Shown here piece after piece: positions 18,831 to 29,758 of a stretch of DNA of 64,000 bases (positions are counted from its first letter, which is position 1; each line of letters opens with the position of its first letter). Below the pieces are notes generated by a model, which saw nothing but the letters and a program-made list of their open reading frames with translations, did no database searches and was not told the origin of the DNA. The translations under genes and the position numbers were made by a program. The DNA is taken from IMG/VR virus record IMGVR_UViG_3300028591_000074, positions 160,001-224,000 of that record. The stretch is one strand, 5' to 3'. The DNA is from a virus (Duplodnaviria > Caudoviricetes).

Positions 18831-21419
18831 TTAAACAGATTTTGTGTATCTAAGTACTACATATACTGGGCAAGATACAAAATCATTTCCTACTTGGTAG
18901 TCAAATGATGTTGAATTTACTGCACCTTGGAACCAATCATTTCCTGTCAATCCACCAACCGGAGCCATTTCCTGTGTATAAGATGATCCAACAACAAATG
19001 CTTTTTCTACATAGATCATAGATACATTTGCAATACTATGTGCTACACTTGCCAATGTATCTGCGGAACTTGTAGATGTAAATTGTAATGTTTTTTCGTA
19101 TATCGTCTCACCGTCGATCCATGTTCCCACAACCTGTTCCTCAGTAGAGTAGGTGTGCATATTGGATGCTTCCGGGATCAGGTCAATCAGCGGTTGCTCC
19201 TTTGCAGGGAAGTATTCAATCCCCATCTCTCCAGTACTGCTCTCTATGTGGTTATAACCAAATAGTGATTTGATGGGTAGGTTGGTGGGAGTGACGGATG
19301 AGGTGGTGGGGGTGGCGAGTTCGTAGGCAACCACAGTGTTATATTGACTTATCAATGCCTTGGCGGCGGTTACATCACTGCCAATGGACGTAGGCAGATA
19401 AAACTCAATAGCACCTATATTGTTTCTACCCATCATAGAATACGGATTGTCGTTAATTTTTGTAACGCTAAAAACATTCGATATAAAGTTATCCATGCCG
19501 GGTTTTTTCCCGGTAGGTGGTGTCCAGATAAAATGGCTTGACGCACTGCTAGTTCCGTTGTGACTTAATGTGCCGTCTATCGCCGGATCGGCAACTGCCC
19601 ATTCTTTCCTCACTTCCCCATTCACCACATCCTCACTTCCTCTGTATATAGCAGAGGGGTAGGTGGTGGTGTGGGTGGTGGAGGTGTAGGGTTCGTAGGT
19701 GGTTGGTGTTGTTCCCTTTTCACATTGATGATATTGATATGTATCAGTGGCTCTAAAAATCACATAACCCGTGATGGGTGCTGTGAAAGTTTTTGCTCCA
19801 ATTTCACGGCGTCCATTGTATGTTATTGAACCCAAAGAAGGCATTGACGTGAAAAACCCGCCCACAAATTCTGCTTCGTCTGTTGTTACAGTATATTTTT
19901 GACCGCTTATAACAGGGGCAACACCAAACGAATACCCTGAAGCTGTTACAATTTCACCGTGCCCACTTATATTGACACCTGTTAATACTTCAAAAACAAA
20001 GTTTTTCCCTACCACTGAAATCGTACTTTGAGTGTATGCGTGAATCGGTCGCACATTGTCGGGGGACGGCGTTCCTGTGCCTTCCTGATATCCCTGAATC
20101 GTGGTGGTACACTTGACAAGCGGTGCGTCTGCTCCGTCCTCAAACTCAATCGGGTTGCCGCTTGCAGTCTTGGTCACGTCTGCATCCGGAAGGTCGGAGT
20201 TGTGCCACTTGTCAGAGGTTGGATCATAGAGCAGAGCCTGTCCGTCGGTAGGGTTGGTTATTTCGGTATCGGTCAAACCGGAAAGTGTTCTTATAATTTC
20301 TGAGTTTGTTTTAGAACTACTCCATACAGTATCAACATCCGTATCACTATCGTTGATGATATCTGTTGGATCTACTTCTTCTGCTGCTACCCATTCACCA
20401 TTTACAACTTTAAGGATTTTTCCATCATCTTCTGAATCAACTTCGGGAAGTTCCGCCGGAACATAGTAAATAACACCATCAATAGAAAGTTTTACTAATG
20501 GTTGTTCTGGATCATCTTCTGGATTTGCAGTTACTTCAAGTGCAGGTGCATCATAAATGAAGTAGATTGTTCCATTATGGATTTCTTCATCAGTAAGACT
20601 ATCATAAGTTTTCTGCGAAATTGGCATAAAATGTGCATTACCTACGGAGTAAACATCGTCAAAGATTTTCAGTTTATTCAGTTCAGCAGTAGCATCTTCT
20701 GCTGGATTTGCTTCTACCGGAGTTGCATTTTCCAATTCATATGCAATAGATGTTTCATTCCACTTTGCAGAATCCCAAGTACCTGTTGTACCATCTGTAT
20801 TACACTTATACAGTTTCTTGTTATGAATAACAAGTCTGCCCTCATCATAGGATTCAGATGGATTGTAGGTTTCAGAGATAATAGCAAGTATTGCCTGAAT
20901 ATCTGCGGAAAGTAAATCTACATCACCTTCAATCTCAGACAGAATCTGCGTAATGGTAATCTGATCCCATTTTGCTGGATCAAAGTCACCTGTTACATTA
21001 TCATCGTTGCATTCATATAATACATTGTTGTTGTAAACCCTGTCACCTGTATTGTATTCTTCAGATGAAATGTATTGTGGTGCGATACTGGACATAACTG
21101 CGACAACAAGTTCAAGATCGCCAAGTTCTTGCCAAGCATCTCCATTCCATACAAATTCTTTTCCATCGTAGGCAACAAAATCACCTTCTTTTGCTTCTAC
21201 TTCCTGACCATCAATTACAATCGGATTCGTAGTAGAACCATCGGTAAGTTCGGTAGTTGTTACACCTTTGTAAGTTACACCACCAAGACCTTGTTGTAAG
21301 ATTTCAAGTAGGAGTTCTTCTACTCTTGTCTGTGGTGGATAAAGTTTATTTTCTTCTCCAAGGATATTTTGCAGAATTGCTTCTATCCTTGTCTGCGGAT
21401 CATCATGTCTTTTTCCCAT
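18831..21419 (-). CDS. tail fibre / receptor-binding protein
   Basis: 862 aa, two CBM5/12-like repeats, DTEITNPTDGQALLYD motif, EKGTTPTTYEPY, YELATP, C-terminal YSTEEQVVGTWIDG..IY..LRYTK domain. Confidence 0.75.
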   Translation of the reverse strand: MGKRHDDPQTRIEAILQNILGEENKLYPPQTRVEELLLEILQQGLGGVTYKGVTTTELTDGSTTNPIVIDGQEVEAKEGDFVAYDGKEFVWNGDAWQELGDLELVVAVMSSIAPQYISSEEYNTGDRVYNNNVLYECNDDNVTGDFDPAKWDQITITQILSEIEGDVDLLSADIQAILAIISETYNPSESYDEGRLVIHNKKLYKCNTDGTTGTWDSAKWNETSIAYELENATPVEANPAEDATAELNKLKIFDDVYSVGNAHFMPISQKTYDSLTDEEIHNGTIYFIYDAPALEVTANPEDDPEQPLVKLSIDGVIYYVPAELPEVDSEDDGKILKVVNGEWVAAEEVDPTDIINDSDTDVDTVWSSSKTNSEIIRTLSGLTDTEITNPTDGQALLYDPTSDKWHNSDLPDADVTKTASGNPIEFEDGADAPLVKCTTTIQGYQEGTGTPSPDNVRPIHAYTQSTISVVGKNFVFEVLTGVNISGHGEIVTASGYSFGVAPVISGQKYTVTTDEAEFVGGFFTSMPSLGSITYNGRREIGAKTFTAPITGYVIFRATDTYQYHQCEKGTTPTTYEPYTSTTHTTTYPSAIYRGSEDVVNGEVRKEWAVADPAIDGTLSHNGTSSASSHFIWTPPTGKKPGMDNFISNVFSVTKINDNPYSMMGRNNIGAIEFYLPTSIGSDVTAAKALISQYNTVVAYELATPTTSSVTPTNLPIKSLFGYNHIESSTGEMGIEYFPAKEQPLIDLIPEASNMHTYSTEEQVVGTWIDGETIYEKTLQFTSTSSADTLASVAHSIANVSMIYVEKAFVVGSSYTQEMAPVGGLTGNDWFQGAVNSTSFDYQVGNDFVSCPVYVVLRYTKSV

Positions 21420-21524
21420 AATTCACCTCGTTATGATATGTTTTATAAAATTATATAAGGTGTGGAATAAAAAATGTAGGGCAGATATAATTAGATTACA
21501 TCCACCCTACGGACATAGAAGGAA

Positions 21525-22667
21525 TTATTTGCTGATTACATATCCATCCTTATCGAACTCGTATTCGATTTTATCAATCTTCATACTACGATTCTTAGGA
21601 TACCAACTGGTTTCTGTCTTGAACCGCTTACCATTAGAAGTTGTAACCCATGAACCCTTCTTGCTATACATCTGCTTACCGGACATATCAAGTGCAAGTC
21701 CATCAATCCATTCACCGTAAGCCCTATGACCATCTGGATAGAAGAAATACTTGAACTTATCTACTTCCTTCCAACCTGTGTACATTATACCATTTGCACC
21801 TAAATAATAGTAATCGCCTTTGTATAGTACCCAAGAGGAAGTTACCATCTCACCGTCCTGATTGTAGTAGTACCACTTACCGTTCTTCTTAACCCATCCG
21901 GTCTGAATCGGATTCTGACCGATGTAACGCTTTGCACCTTCATGTGCACAACTCCATCCTGCCTTATGTTGCATCCAAGTTCTATTAGAACTGTCAGAAG
22001 TAAGCGCCTTACATTCTACTCTATCACCCTTATTCAGAGTACCGATAGATGAATAGTTGTTTCCAGGTCCTTTACGAATCTGTAAGTCATCATACATTAC
22101 ATTGTATGTATCACCTACTTTGTATCCATCAAGTTCCTGCGGTCCGGGTTCTGGACTTTCATCATAAACAGGATATCCATAATCAAGAATATCATTACTA
22201 GACCGATTGTAACTTTTTGCTTTTACACCAGATACTCCGTTGGATACATAACAGTTACCTTCATAGGTGTAAATCATCTTGTCAGTTACTTTGTAAACAA
22301 ATCCAATGTGTCTTGGATATGGTAAATCTCCAAAGTAAACTGCACAACCTACTTTCGGGGTGTTACCTACTCTACCGATTGATTTCAGATATTCTCTTGA
22401 ATATCTTACACCAGCACCCATGGAATTCTTCGGTCTGTTTAGAACTTCTCTTGCTCTATCTACACCTAGGGCTTGTATGAAATTCCAGTCGAAAAACACA
22501 GTACACCAATCGTAGCCGTATTTTCTACCGTTATACCACTGCCAAGAATCCATATGCTCATCAATATCGAGAGCATACTTCGATTTCTTGTCCTTGCAGG
22601 TGTATCCGGTATCAACTTGAGTAGCAAATGATTTTATTACTCTTTCAAGTTCTGTCAATACTGTCAC
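21525..22667 (-). CDS. endolysin (CHAP + SH3b + choline-binding-type repeats)
   Basis: WCTVF, HIGFV, TYEGN (CHAP); LQIRKGPG..Y (SH3b); GWVKKNGKWYYY repeats. Confidence 0.85.
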   Translation of the reverse strand: MTVLTELERVIKSFATQVDTGYTCKDKKSKYALDIDEHMDSWQWYNGRKYGYDWCTVFFDWNFIQALGVDRAREVLNRPKNSMGAGVRYSREYLKSIGRVGNTPKVGCAVYFGDLPYPRHIGFVYKVTDKMIYTYEGNCYVSNGVSGVKAKSYNRSSNDILDYGYPVYDESPEPGPQELDGYKVGDTYNVMYDDLQIRKGPGNNYSSIGTLNKGDRVECKALTSDSSNRTWMQHKAGWSCAHEGAKRYIGQNPIQTGWVKKNGKWYYYNQDGEMVTSSWVLYKGDYYYLGANGIMYTGWKEVDKFKYFFYPDGHRAYGEWIDGLALDMSGKQMYSKKGSWVTTSNGKRFKTETSWYPKNRSMKIDKIEYEFDKDGYVISK

Positions 22668-22703
22668 CTTCCTTTCTATTTAATTATTATATGATAAAGG
22701 GGA

Positions 22704-23248
22704 TTATCCCTCTCTCCATTCAAATACCTTTGTGAATCCTTGTCCTGCCGGAACTACAATAGGTTCTTCGAGAACATGATGGACAAACATAAAGTGGTAA
22801 ATATATTCTGAATCCCCAGGTATTGAATTGTGTACATTTTTGTAGATTCCAAGTTCTCGAATAGTTATCTCCGAATCAGTATTATTATCCCCACCAAATT
22901 CAATAGTTGTTACCATCTGATTACCACTAGAATTGACACGTATTTCTGTAGTATAGTTGTCAAACGAACTTGTAATATCTGCATTTAAATCTGTATCAAG
23001 TGCAGTAGGTGCAGCATCACTTGATCCAACTTTACTGTATAATTTATATCTAAGAGACCTATTTTCTGTTATTCCTTTAAATGCATCATTGTCAATTTGT
23101 GTAGAACTATATCCAACCATAACATCCGAATATGATGGACCTTCTACACTTACACAACCAGGAATTGTTATAGATGAAGTAGATCCGAGCTGAGGTGCAG
23201 TTTTCTCCATATACTGTTTATATGCCCAATAGTTACTTAATATCATAA
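22704..23248 (-). CDS. hypothetical tail protein
   Basis: AGGAGG RBS before the likely ATG at about 23248; ITIRELGIY motif. Confidence 0.55.
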
Positions 23249-23271
23249 TTATGTTCCTCCTACTAACTATG

Positions 23272-23625
23272 TTATGCATCATGTACTGATATTGTAGATG
23301 TGCTACGTTCAATTTCTGTGATTGTAACTGCACTTATAGTTGATCCACCACCCTTAGGGAGTGGAACCCATTCACCATTCACCTTGTTATACATTGCTAC
23401 AATCTTGTTATTTATATCATACTGTGTATAGAAATCACCATTATTTCCAAATGGATCGGATGTATCATCAGGTGCATCCATACCACTAAATGTAAATGTA
23501 CCTCGCACGTTTGCGTAAGATGTTTTTCGTGTTCCTAGTTCTTCATTGTCAATTAGTACTACATCGTCTTCAGTTAGTTCATACTCTGCCGGAACGTCTG
23601 GATAGTTACAAATGCGTCTGCCCAC
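23272..23625 (-). CDS. hypothetical tail-fibre-associated protein
   Basis: GNNGDFYTQ...YNKVNGEW tail-fibre-like motif; coupled to the previous gene. Confidence 0.55.
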   Translation of the reverse strand: MGRRICNYPDVPAEYELTEDDVVLIDNEELGTRKTSYANVRGTFTFSGMDAPDDTSDPFGNNGDFYTQYDINNKIVAMYNKVNGEWVPLPKGGGSTISAVTITEIERSTSTISVHDA

Positions 23626-25073
23626 TATTCACTGCCTCCTTCGTCATCATTGTTATAATTTGTAGCTCTTACATAAGAATTGTTTTCATCAAGTACAACA
23701 ACATCCTCGTTGTCAAGTATTGCATCTTCCGGTTCGTGAATGTTTGGAATTTCTTCATCCATATGTAAATCACCTACCGCAATTTCACCATTCTGAATAT
23801 GTGGTGTAATTTCGCCATTGATAGAAATATTTTCATCTGTAATTGGATAAGATCCATCATGGTTATATGCAATACCGAATCTCCTGTTATCTGGTTGCAA
23901 TGAAAGTGCATCACCGATAACACGCATGATAGGATTAACTGCCGGACGTGGATTGAGAATATCTTTGGATCGTTCAGAATCAATTGTATACACTTCATCA
24001 CTAACTGATTCTTCACGTGCCTTATCATATCTAAGATTCCAAGGTTTATTTCTCCCACCTGGTAAATCATCCATTTCTACATCTGGAAGAACATAATCAT
24101 CAGGATATTCCATTGTTACATCCTGTGGGTTCCACCCAAGTCCGAAAATGGGTTTCTTCATTGGAATAAGAGATTTCATAATATGTTCATTATTACAAAG
24201 TTGCAGAGAATATAATGTTCTATACCCAGGGTTTATATCATTTGATCTTGCCTGAACTGGATCATCATCTAATCCACCTTCATAATCTGCATTACGATAC
24301 CAAACATCCCTACGTGTATCTGACAAATGTTCTGGATATTTTGGATTACGAACCATAGAATCTTCATGACCATATACTAAGTCACTCGGTTTTAATCTTT
24401 GCATCCTTGCATAATCAGTTCTACTATAGTGTCCAACATGAGTAGAACCGATAGAAAGTCCAACATCATTCCTATTTGTAAGTCTTGCATCAATGGATAA
24501 CTTTGTTCTTGCGTCCATACGTACACCGGAATTTTGGAAACAATACATACCTAGTGGTCGTACATATTCAATACAAGCATCTACAGGAATCTTTTCTGAA
24601 AAATAGACTACATCAATATATCCTTCCGCAGTATGTGGTGTAACAGATACTGTATTTATCGGAAGGGACGTATCTTCCAATCTATCGTATAGTATTTCAT
24701 TCGGTTCTACAGTTTCTCCATTATTATTTACGTATCCTGTACCTGCAACTAAATCAATGTCAAACTGTTTCAAGTTTGCTTCTGCTGCAAGCGTAACACC
24801 ATCTTTGCTTCCACGATTTCGAATCATGGACATGAAATATACAAGTACAAATCGATTAAAGGAAGTGGGAAGTCTATCATCATATTTAAATCCCATAGTA
24901 TCTGCAAGCATCCAAAGAAGATTCGCAGGACACCGAAGCGGATCATACAAATCAAGTCCATTTTCCGTATCATAATGGATTTTCTCAAGACTTGTTGCTA
25001 TCCAGTTTAGAAAAAATCTGAAGTCCTGACTATCTGTATAAATGTCAGGTACAGATATATCTTTAATCTGCAT
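23625..25073 (-). CDS. baseplate wedge protein (P2 gpI / T4 gp7-like)
   Basis: LYDPLRCPANLLWMLADTMG and RNRGSKDG motifs; follows the baseplate J-like gene. Confidence 0.65.
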   Translation of the reverse strand: MQIKDISVPDIYTDSQDFRFFLNWIATSLEKIHYDTENGLDLYDPLRCPANLLWMLADTMGFKYDDRLPTSFNRFVLVYFMSMIRNRGSKDGVTLAAEANLKQFDIDLVAGTGYVNNNGETVEPNEILYDRLEDTSLPINTVSVTPHTAEGYIDVVYFSEKIPVDACIEYVRPLGMYCFQNSGVRMDARTKLSIDARLTNRNDVGLSIGSTHVGHYSRTDYARMQRLKPSDLVYGHEDSMVRNPKYPEHLSDTRRDVWYRNADYEGGLDDDPVQARSNDINPGYRTLYSLQLCNNEHIMKSLIPMKKPIFGLGWNPQDVTMEYPDDYVLPDVEMDDLPGGRNKPWNLRYDKAREESVSDEVYTIDSERSKDILNPRPAVNPIMRVIGDALSLQPDNRRFGIAYNHDGSYPITDENISINGEITPHIQNGEIAVGDLHMDEEIPNIHEPEDAILDNEDVVVLDENNSYVRATNYNNDDEGGSE

Positions 25074-25076
25074 ATG

Positions 25077-27146
25077 CTATCTCCTTGTACTTACTAAACA
25101 TTCCGGTGCGATTGTAAGATTTGTTGCAGAAGTACCTGGGTCAAGAAACCTCGCGAACGAAATTAAATTGAAGTAGGATGGGTCACAATTACTCCAAACT
25201 ACAACAGGATTGGTTGCGGAACCTGCATCAAAGTAATCAATTCTGGTATCTGAGTTCTGCACAATCTTAACAATTTCCATAGTAGTCGGCTTCTGCCCCA
25301 TACTACGATTTGCAGGTGAAAAATATAATGCTAAGTTTTCTTTTACCTGTGCAATAATTGTTTTTGCTACATCATTTGATACAGGTTTCTTTGTATATAT
25401 CTGACCTGCAACATAGAAATTGAATACTCTAACATCACCGAACTCAAGTTCGACTGACATAGCCTGTAATGGTCGATAATCACGTTTTATCGCTTCAATA
25501 AACTGTGCTGGTGGTTTATACTTAATGAACACCTGTCGATTTGAAAACTTTGCGGTAGATACTTGACTTCTTCCCCACGTAGATGAAGTTGCAAAATCAT
25601 TATGAATTGCAAAACACATTGCTGTGTATGTCTTAAAGTTTGATACGAATTCCTGTGTAGGTACAGTATTTACACTTACCGGAATCTTAATCAAATATCC
25701 AGGATATACTACGCTATCTTCTGTCAGATTGTTATATGCAAGAAGTTCTGCATAGGATACACCGTATATTTCTGCAATCTGCAATAATGTCTGACCTGCT
25801 ACAACTCTATGTGTTGTCTGTGTTGTAAGAAGTTCAGTATTAACTTTTGAAATCCAATCAATATTTTGATCTCCGGCAGGAAAATCATAATTTGTAAGAT
25901 ACATCTTGCGTTTTTCGGTATCTGTTAAGTTGGTATCCTGATAGATAGCAAGATTTGTTTCCATTGCCTTTTGGCAATCAAGCACGATACCACAATCAAC
26001 CCCAGCTTCACGATTTAAGAATCTTGTAAAGTCTGGAAGTGTAATAAGACTATCCCAAGTATTGATGTAATTTCTACTATTCAGATATGCTTCCTTAGCA
26101 GTTTCAGGACTTCTACCTGTTACAGTATAGGTATTTGGAAGTTCTACTGTATTGGAAAGATTTGAAATCGACCATTCGTTTGAAGTTTCATCCGGTAATA
26201 ATGCGGAATCCTTTGCCTGAAGGTAATTTGATAAAACATCCTGACCGACACATCCAATCACACCAGAACAATCAATCCAATAAACCATAAGATAAGAATT
26301 GGCATCATAATTTTCCAACTGATCCAAATAATTACTAATCTGAATCTGTGCATTGGAATATGAATCATAAGTTACTGCGAATCTAGGCTCAGGTGTAATA
26401 AAATCTGATGGGCTTGCTACTTGCACCCACTGAGTTGCTAAGAAGTCATCATCATCTTTTGATGCCTTTGCCTTAATCCAAATAGCAGTAGTATCAATAT
26501 GCTGAGAAGGGATGTTGATGATATAATTATTCTTCTTAATGTAATCAACTGATACAGAGTAGTATCTAAACTCACCTTCAATAGCAACACGTGTAACGCT
26601 TTCACCGCCCTGAAGTGTTACTTCATCTGTATCTACAAACACGTTGATATTATCAGACACTACGGATCTATGACTTCTGGAATTCGTAGAACCATAGGTA
26701 CTTGAAAGTGGAAGGATGTTATAAGTGATAATCCTTGACTGATTTGTAATATCGGTATAGGCATTGAGTGTTGCAAAATTAGCACCATTGAATCCAAAGT
26801 CAAATGTAATTGGATTATCTGTATTATTTGTAAAGGTTACTTCTGTTCTTGCGGCTGTATACCATCCAAGTTCATAACCAATCAAAGAGAACAGACGTTC
26901 GGCATCTTTTCTTTGACGAACCGTAGGTGCAAACATTTCTGTAGCAAGTGAATCAAGGTTTACACCAAGCATATCTGCTACACTTGCTAAAAACTTACCA
27001 AGAACTACACCAGGATCAGCATCTGCTTCCGGTTTCCAAAGTTCAGTCATCTTTGGAACAAGATCCCAAAAATCTTCCATAATGGATGTATAGTCCCTAC
27101 TTGTATATTTCACTATACCCTTTTCAATGTAATCTTCTGAAGCCAT
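25077..27146 (-). CDS. baseplate wedge subunit (gpJ/gp6-like) with inserted LysM
   Basis: YTSRDYTSI, DPGVVL, GRSPET; LysM HRVVAGQTLLQIAEIYGVSYAELLAYN...LIKIP. Confidence 0.8.
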   Translation of the reverse strand: MASEDYIEKGIVKYTSRDYTSIMEDFWDLVPKMTELWKPEADADPGVVLGKFLASVADMLGVNLDSLATEMFAPTVRQRKDAERLFSLIGYELGWYTAARTEVTFTNNTDNPITFDFGFNGANFATLNAYTDITNQSRIITYNILPLSSTYGSTNSRSHRSVVSDNINVFVDTDEVTLQGGESVTRVAIEGEFRYYSVSVDYIKKNNYIINIPSQHIDTTAIWIKAKASKDDDDFLATQWVQVASPSDFITPEPRFAVTYDSYSNAQIQISNYLDQLENYDANSYLMVYWIDCSGVIGCVGQDVLSNYLQAKDSALLPDETSNEWSISNLSNTVELPNTYTVTGRSPETAKEAYLNSRNYINTWDSLITLPDFTRFLNREAGVDCGIVLDCQKAMETNLAIYQDTNLTDTEKRKMYLTNYDFPAGDQNIDWISKVNTELLTTQTTHRVVAGQTLLQIAEIYGVSYAELLAYNNLTEDSVVYPGYLIKIPVSVNTVPTQEFVSNFKTYTAMCFAIHNDFATSSTWGRSQVSTAKFSNRQVFIKYKPPAQFIEAIKRDYRPLQAMSVELEFGDVRVFNFYVAGQIYTKKPVSNDVAKTIIAQVKENLALYFSPANRSMGQKPTTMEIVKIVQNSDTRIDYFDAGSATNPVVVWSNCDPSYFNLISFARFLDPGTSATNLTIAPECLVSTRR

Positions 27147-27149
27147 CTA

Positions 27150-27587
27150 CTATCCCCTTCCAAATAATTTCTTTTGTTCATCTTGCAAATCGATGGTAAC
27201 ATCTACAGTATCTTTATAGATTGTCTGTAATCCGACTGTCATCTTTAATGTATTCATATCTTCTACAACACTGGAAGTATGATCCATATCTGTAAATAAA
27301 AGTCCATCTGCAAATTTAGTTTGTTCTGCATCTACACAAGGTTCATGTTCGCTTAATTGTGCTTTAATTCGTTCCCGAATAATTGCTTTCGTATTTGGCG
27401 TATTATATTGCCACAAATACTGTTTCAATCCTACACCAAAGGTAGGATTATTATATAATTCTGTAGGTTCAGTAAGAATCAGTAACCTCGTCCTATTGAC
27501 AATTGATTCATTTCCGCGTTTTACAGCAACAGTATTTCTTGCCAAGTCAATCATATTTGGAAAACTTAAACTTGTAGTATTATCCAT
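27150..27587 (-). CDS. gp25/GPW-like baseplate wedge protein
   Basis: LILTEPTELYNNPTFGVGLKQYLW...HEP motif. Confidence 0.8.
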   Translation of the reverse strand: MDNTTSLSFPNMIDLARNTVAVKRGNESIVNRTRLLILTEPTELYNNPTFGVGLKQYLWQYNTPNTKAIIRERIKAQLSEHEPCVDAEQTKFADGLLFTDMDHTSSVVEDMNTLKMTVGLQTIYKDTVDVTIDLQDEQKKLFGRG

Positions 27588-27889
27588 TAGCCATTACCCC
27601 CATCTGTAATTATAGATGAATATGATCCACCAGTTAATCCTAAAACTAAAAATTTAGAGTTCTTGTCATTCGTAGATATGAGTGCAACTACTTCACCATC
27701 ATTCGGAATATGTGGCAACAGCAATGATGGATAGTATGGAAGATTTTCATCTGTAACATAGTTACGAACCTGTTGCCCCTTATATTCTCTTTGGCTTACA
27801 GGACCATGGATAGATGGGATTCTAACCTGTAACATAAGAGTTCCATCACCAGCATATTTATAAGTTTTTACATATCCATTTACAATCAT
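27587..27889 (-). CDS. putative baseplate spike OB-fold protein (gp5/gpV N-terminal-like)
   Basis: LQVRIPSIHG...PNDGEVVAL...VLG motif. Confidence 0.55.
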   Translation of the reverse strand: MIVNGYVKTYKYAGDGTLMLQVRIPSIHGPVSQREYKGQQVRNYVTDENLPYYPSLLLPHIPNDGEVVALISTNDKNSKFLVLGLTGGSYSSIITDGGNG

Positions 27890-29752
27890 CTAAGATACTC
27901 CTAATTTAGGGAAGAAACTTTCTGGATTTAACGCATACTTATTTCTCCAAGATTGGTAATTATTATCATACCATTGACCATTTAATTCACCACCGCTTAA
28001 TGTTTCCATGTGAAGATGTGGTGCCATTCCGGAAAGTCCAGTTGCACCGACATATCCAATCACCTGACCTGCTGAAACAGATGCTCCAACTGATAAAGTG
28101 GATGCAGATTTCATATGCTGATATAAAGTATAAAAGGTGTTTCCGCTTGAGTCTGCTCCATGATCTATAATGATGTAATATCCACGTGCATTTGTACTTG
28201 ATTTTTTATGTACTTTACCGGCCATACAACATTTAATCGGTGTTCCAGATGGTGCACCTATATCAACGCCACTATGATATTTTGTTGCACCACTTACACC
28301 TACATATCCACGATAACCAAAACCAGATGAATATTTTCCAACTGCAACAGATTCTATCGGCCATACTAAATAGGTTGGATTGGTTGTTGGTGATTTTTGG
28401 ACTGTAATGTTATTTGAATAATCTGCACTTTCGGATGTAGATGTAGTTGAAATCTGATTCCAAAAATATTCTGCATTTTGTTGACGTTTTTGGGATGACA
28501 CATCTACATTCGCAGGTCGTTCGAATACACGCACAAACCGATCAGCCGCTTGTTTAGCACCTGCTAATGTGTTAGGTACAGATTTCAATTCTGATACAAG
28601 ATTAGGATAACTTGTATTCAATTCATGCAAAAGATAATCGATCTGACCGGATAAATTCGTTGCCCAATCTTTTCCAACATAATTTTTCATAGCAGTTCCA
28701 CGGGCATTGTGCCATTGGCATATTCCAAATGAAGTTCCTTTATCACCAACACAATCTGTTCTAAAATCACTTTCCTGCTTTATATTTGCAATAATGCCTA
28801 TCGCACCAGCGGTATTGTACCCATGTTGCTTCAAATAAGTAACTATTGTTCGTGGAATACTTGCAAGTCCATCTACATTATCAACAGAACCACCAACTGA
28901 TGTTGTTCCACCACCAAGTCTATAAATACTGCCAAGTAGCCCAGTATAATTCACTACTGCAAGTTTTACATCAGTTTTCTTGGTAGATGGCTTACCTGTT
29001 GAATCTAGGAATGATACTTCACGGATAGATGCATCTGCTTTTGTGCTTTCTGTAGTATATAACTGTGTAGAATAGACTTGATCTACCATATAGGTAGATT
29101 GTTGTGGTTCTGCACCATCTACTACTGTTCCAGATGTTTTTGTAGTATAGGGTACTACACCACCAGACTTAGACCAATCAGGTCTTGCATAAAATGCTAT
29201 ATTTTCGCTATTCCAACTATAGGATGATCTTCGAATCTTATTACTGTTATTTCCTTCAATTGTATGTACCGTGTATTTTGCAGGTGTTTTTGTTGGATCA
29301 CCATTTTGTACTTTTTCCACAGATTCAACAATACCAACATGACTTCCAGACCAATACCGTTTCTTATTACCATTTCGAAATGCAGATAAAGTCTCACTAC
29401 GAAATGCACTCCACAGGAATACAATTAAATCACCTTTAGTTGGTACAAAACTACTTCCCCACGCAGGACCATCATATCTTGTTCCACCATATGTCTTGAC
29501 TATGCTTTCACAAACACCACCTGCACATGCAATACTGGATTGAAAATCGCTCGGTGTACTTTGCCCACGTACAGGGAATGATTTACCTGCAAGACCGGAA
29601 CTAATACCCATAGCAACCATAGTTGCAGCACACCAATCACTATGGACACCAGTAGTTGGACCAACCCAATCTTCTCTACTTTCACCCATATGAGAACTAA
29701 GTGTATTTATTGCAACATTTGCAGGATGTAATGGATTTGAAATATCATACAT
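27890..29752 (-). CDS. virion peptidoglycan hydrolase: CHAP + phage tail lysozyme + M23 peptidase
   Basis: WCAA/HVGIV/TIEGN; GIIANIKQES, GICQW, FERP; HSGVDIG, YQHM, PHLHME. Confidence 0.85.
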   Translation of the reverse strand: MYDISNPLHPANVAINTLSSHMGESREDWVGPTTGVHSDWCAATMVAMGISSGLAGKSFPVRGQSTPSDFQSSIACAGGVCESIVKTYGGTRYDGPAWGSSFVPTKGDLIVFLWSAFRSETLSAFRNGNKKRYWSGSHVGIVESVEKVQNGDPTKTPAKYTVHTIEGNNSNKIRRSSYSWNSENIAFYARPDWSKSGGVVPYTTKTSGTVVDGAEPQQSTYMVDQVYSTQLYTTESTKADASIREVSFLDSTGKPSTKKTDVKLAVVNYTGLLGSIYRLGGGTTSVGGSVDNVDGLASIPRTIVTYLKQHGYNTAGAIGIIANIKQESDFRTDCVGDKGTSFGICQWHNARGTAMKNYVGKDWATNLSGQIDYLLHELNTSYPNLVSELKSVPNTLAGAKQAADRFVRVFERPANVDVSSQKRQQNAEYFWNQISTTSTSESADYSNNITVQKSPTTNPTYLVWPIESVAVGKYSSGFGYRGYVGVSGATKYHSGVDIGAPSGTPIKCCMAGKVHKKSSTNARGYYIIIDHGADSSGNTFYTLYQHMKSASTLSVGASVSAGQVIGYVGATGLSGMAPHLHMETLSGGELNGQWYDNNYQSWRNKYALNPESFFPKLGVS

Positions 29753-29758
29753 AATTCA

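Noticed and set aside
10421-27892. TAG stop-codon reassignment, suggested by TAG stops in frame with the next gene (10448, 17364, 25077, 27150, 27890)
   Set aside because: Long genes of 700-1200 aa are intact under the standard code, coding density is high, downstream genes have their own RBS, and other TAG junctions (23625, 33853, 46939) are out of frame.
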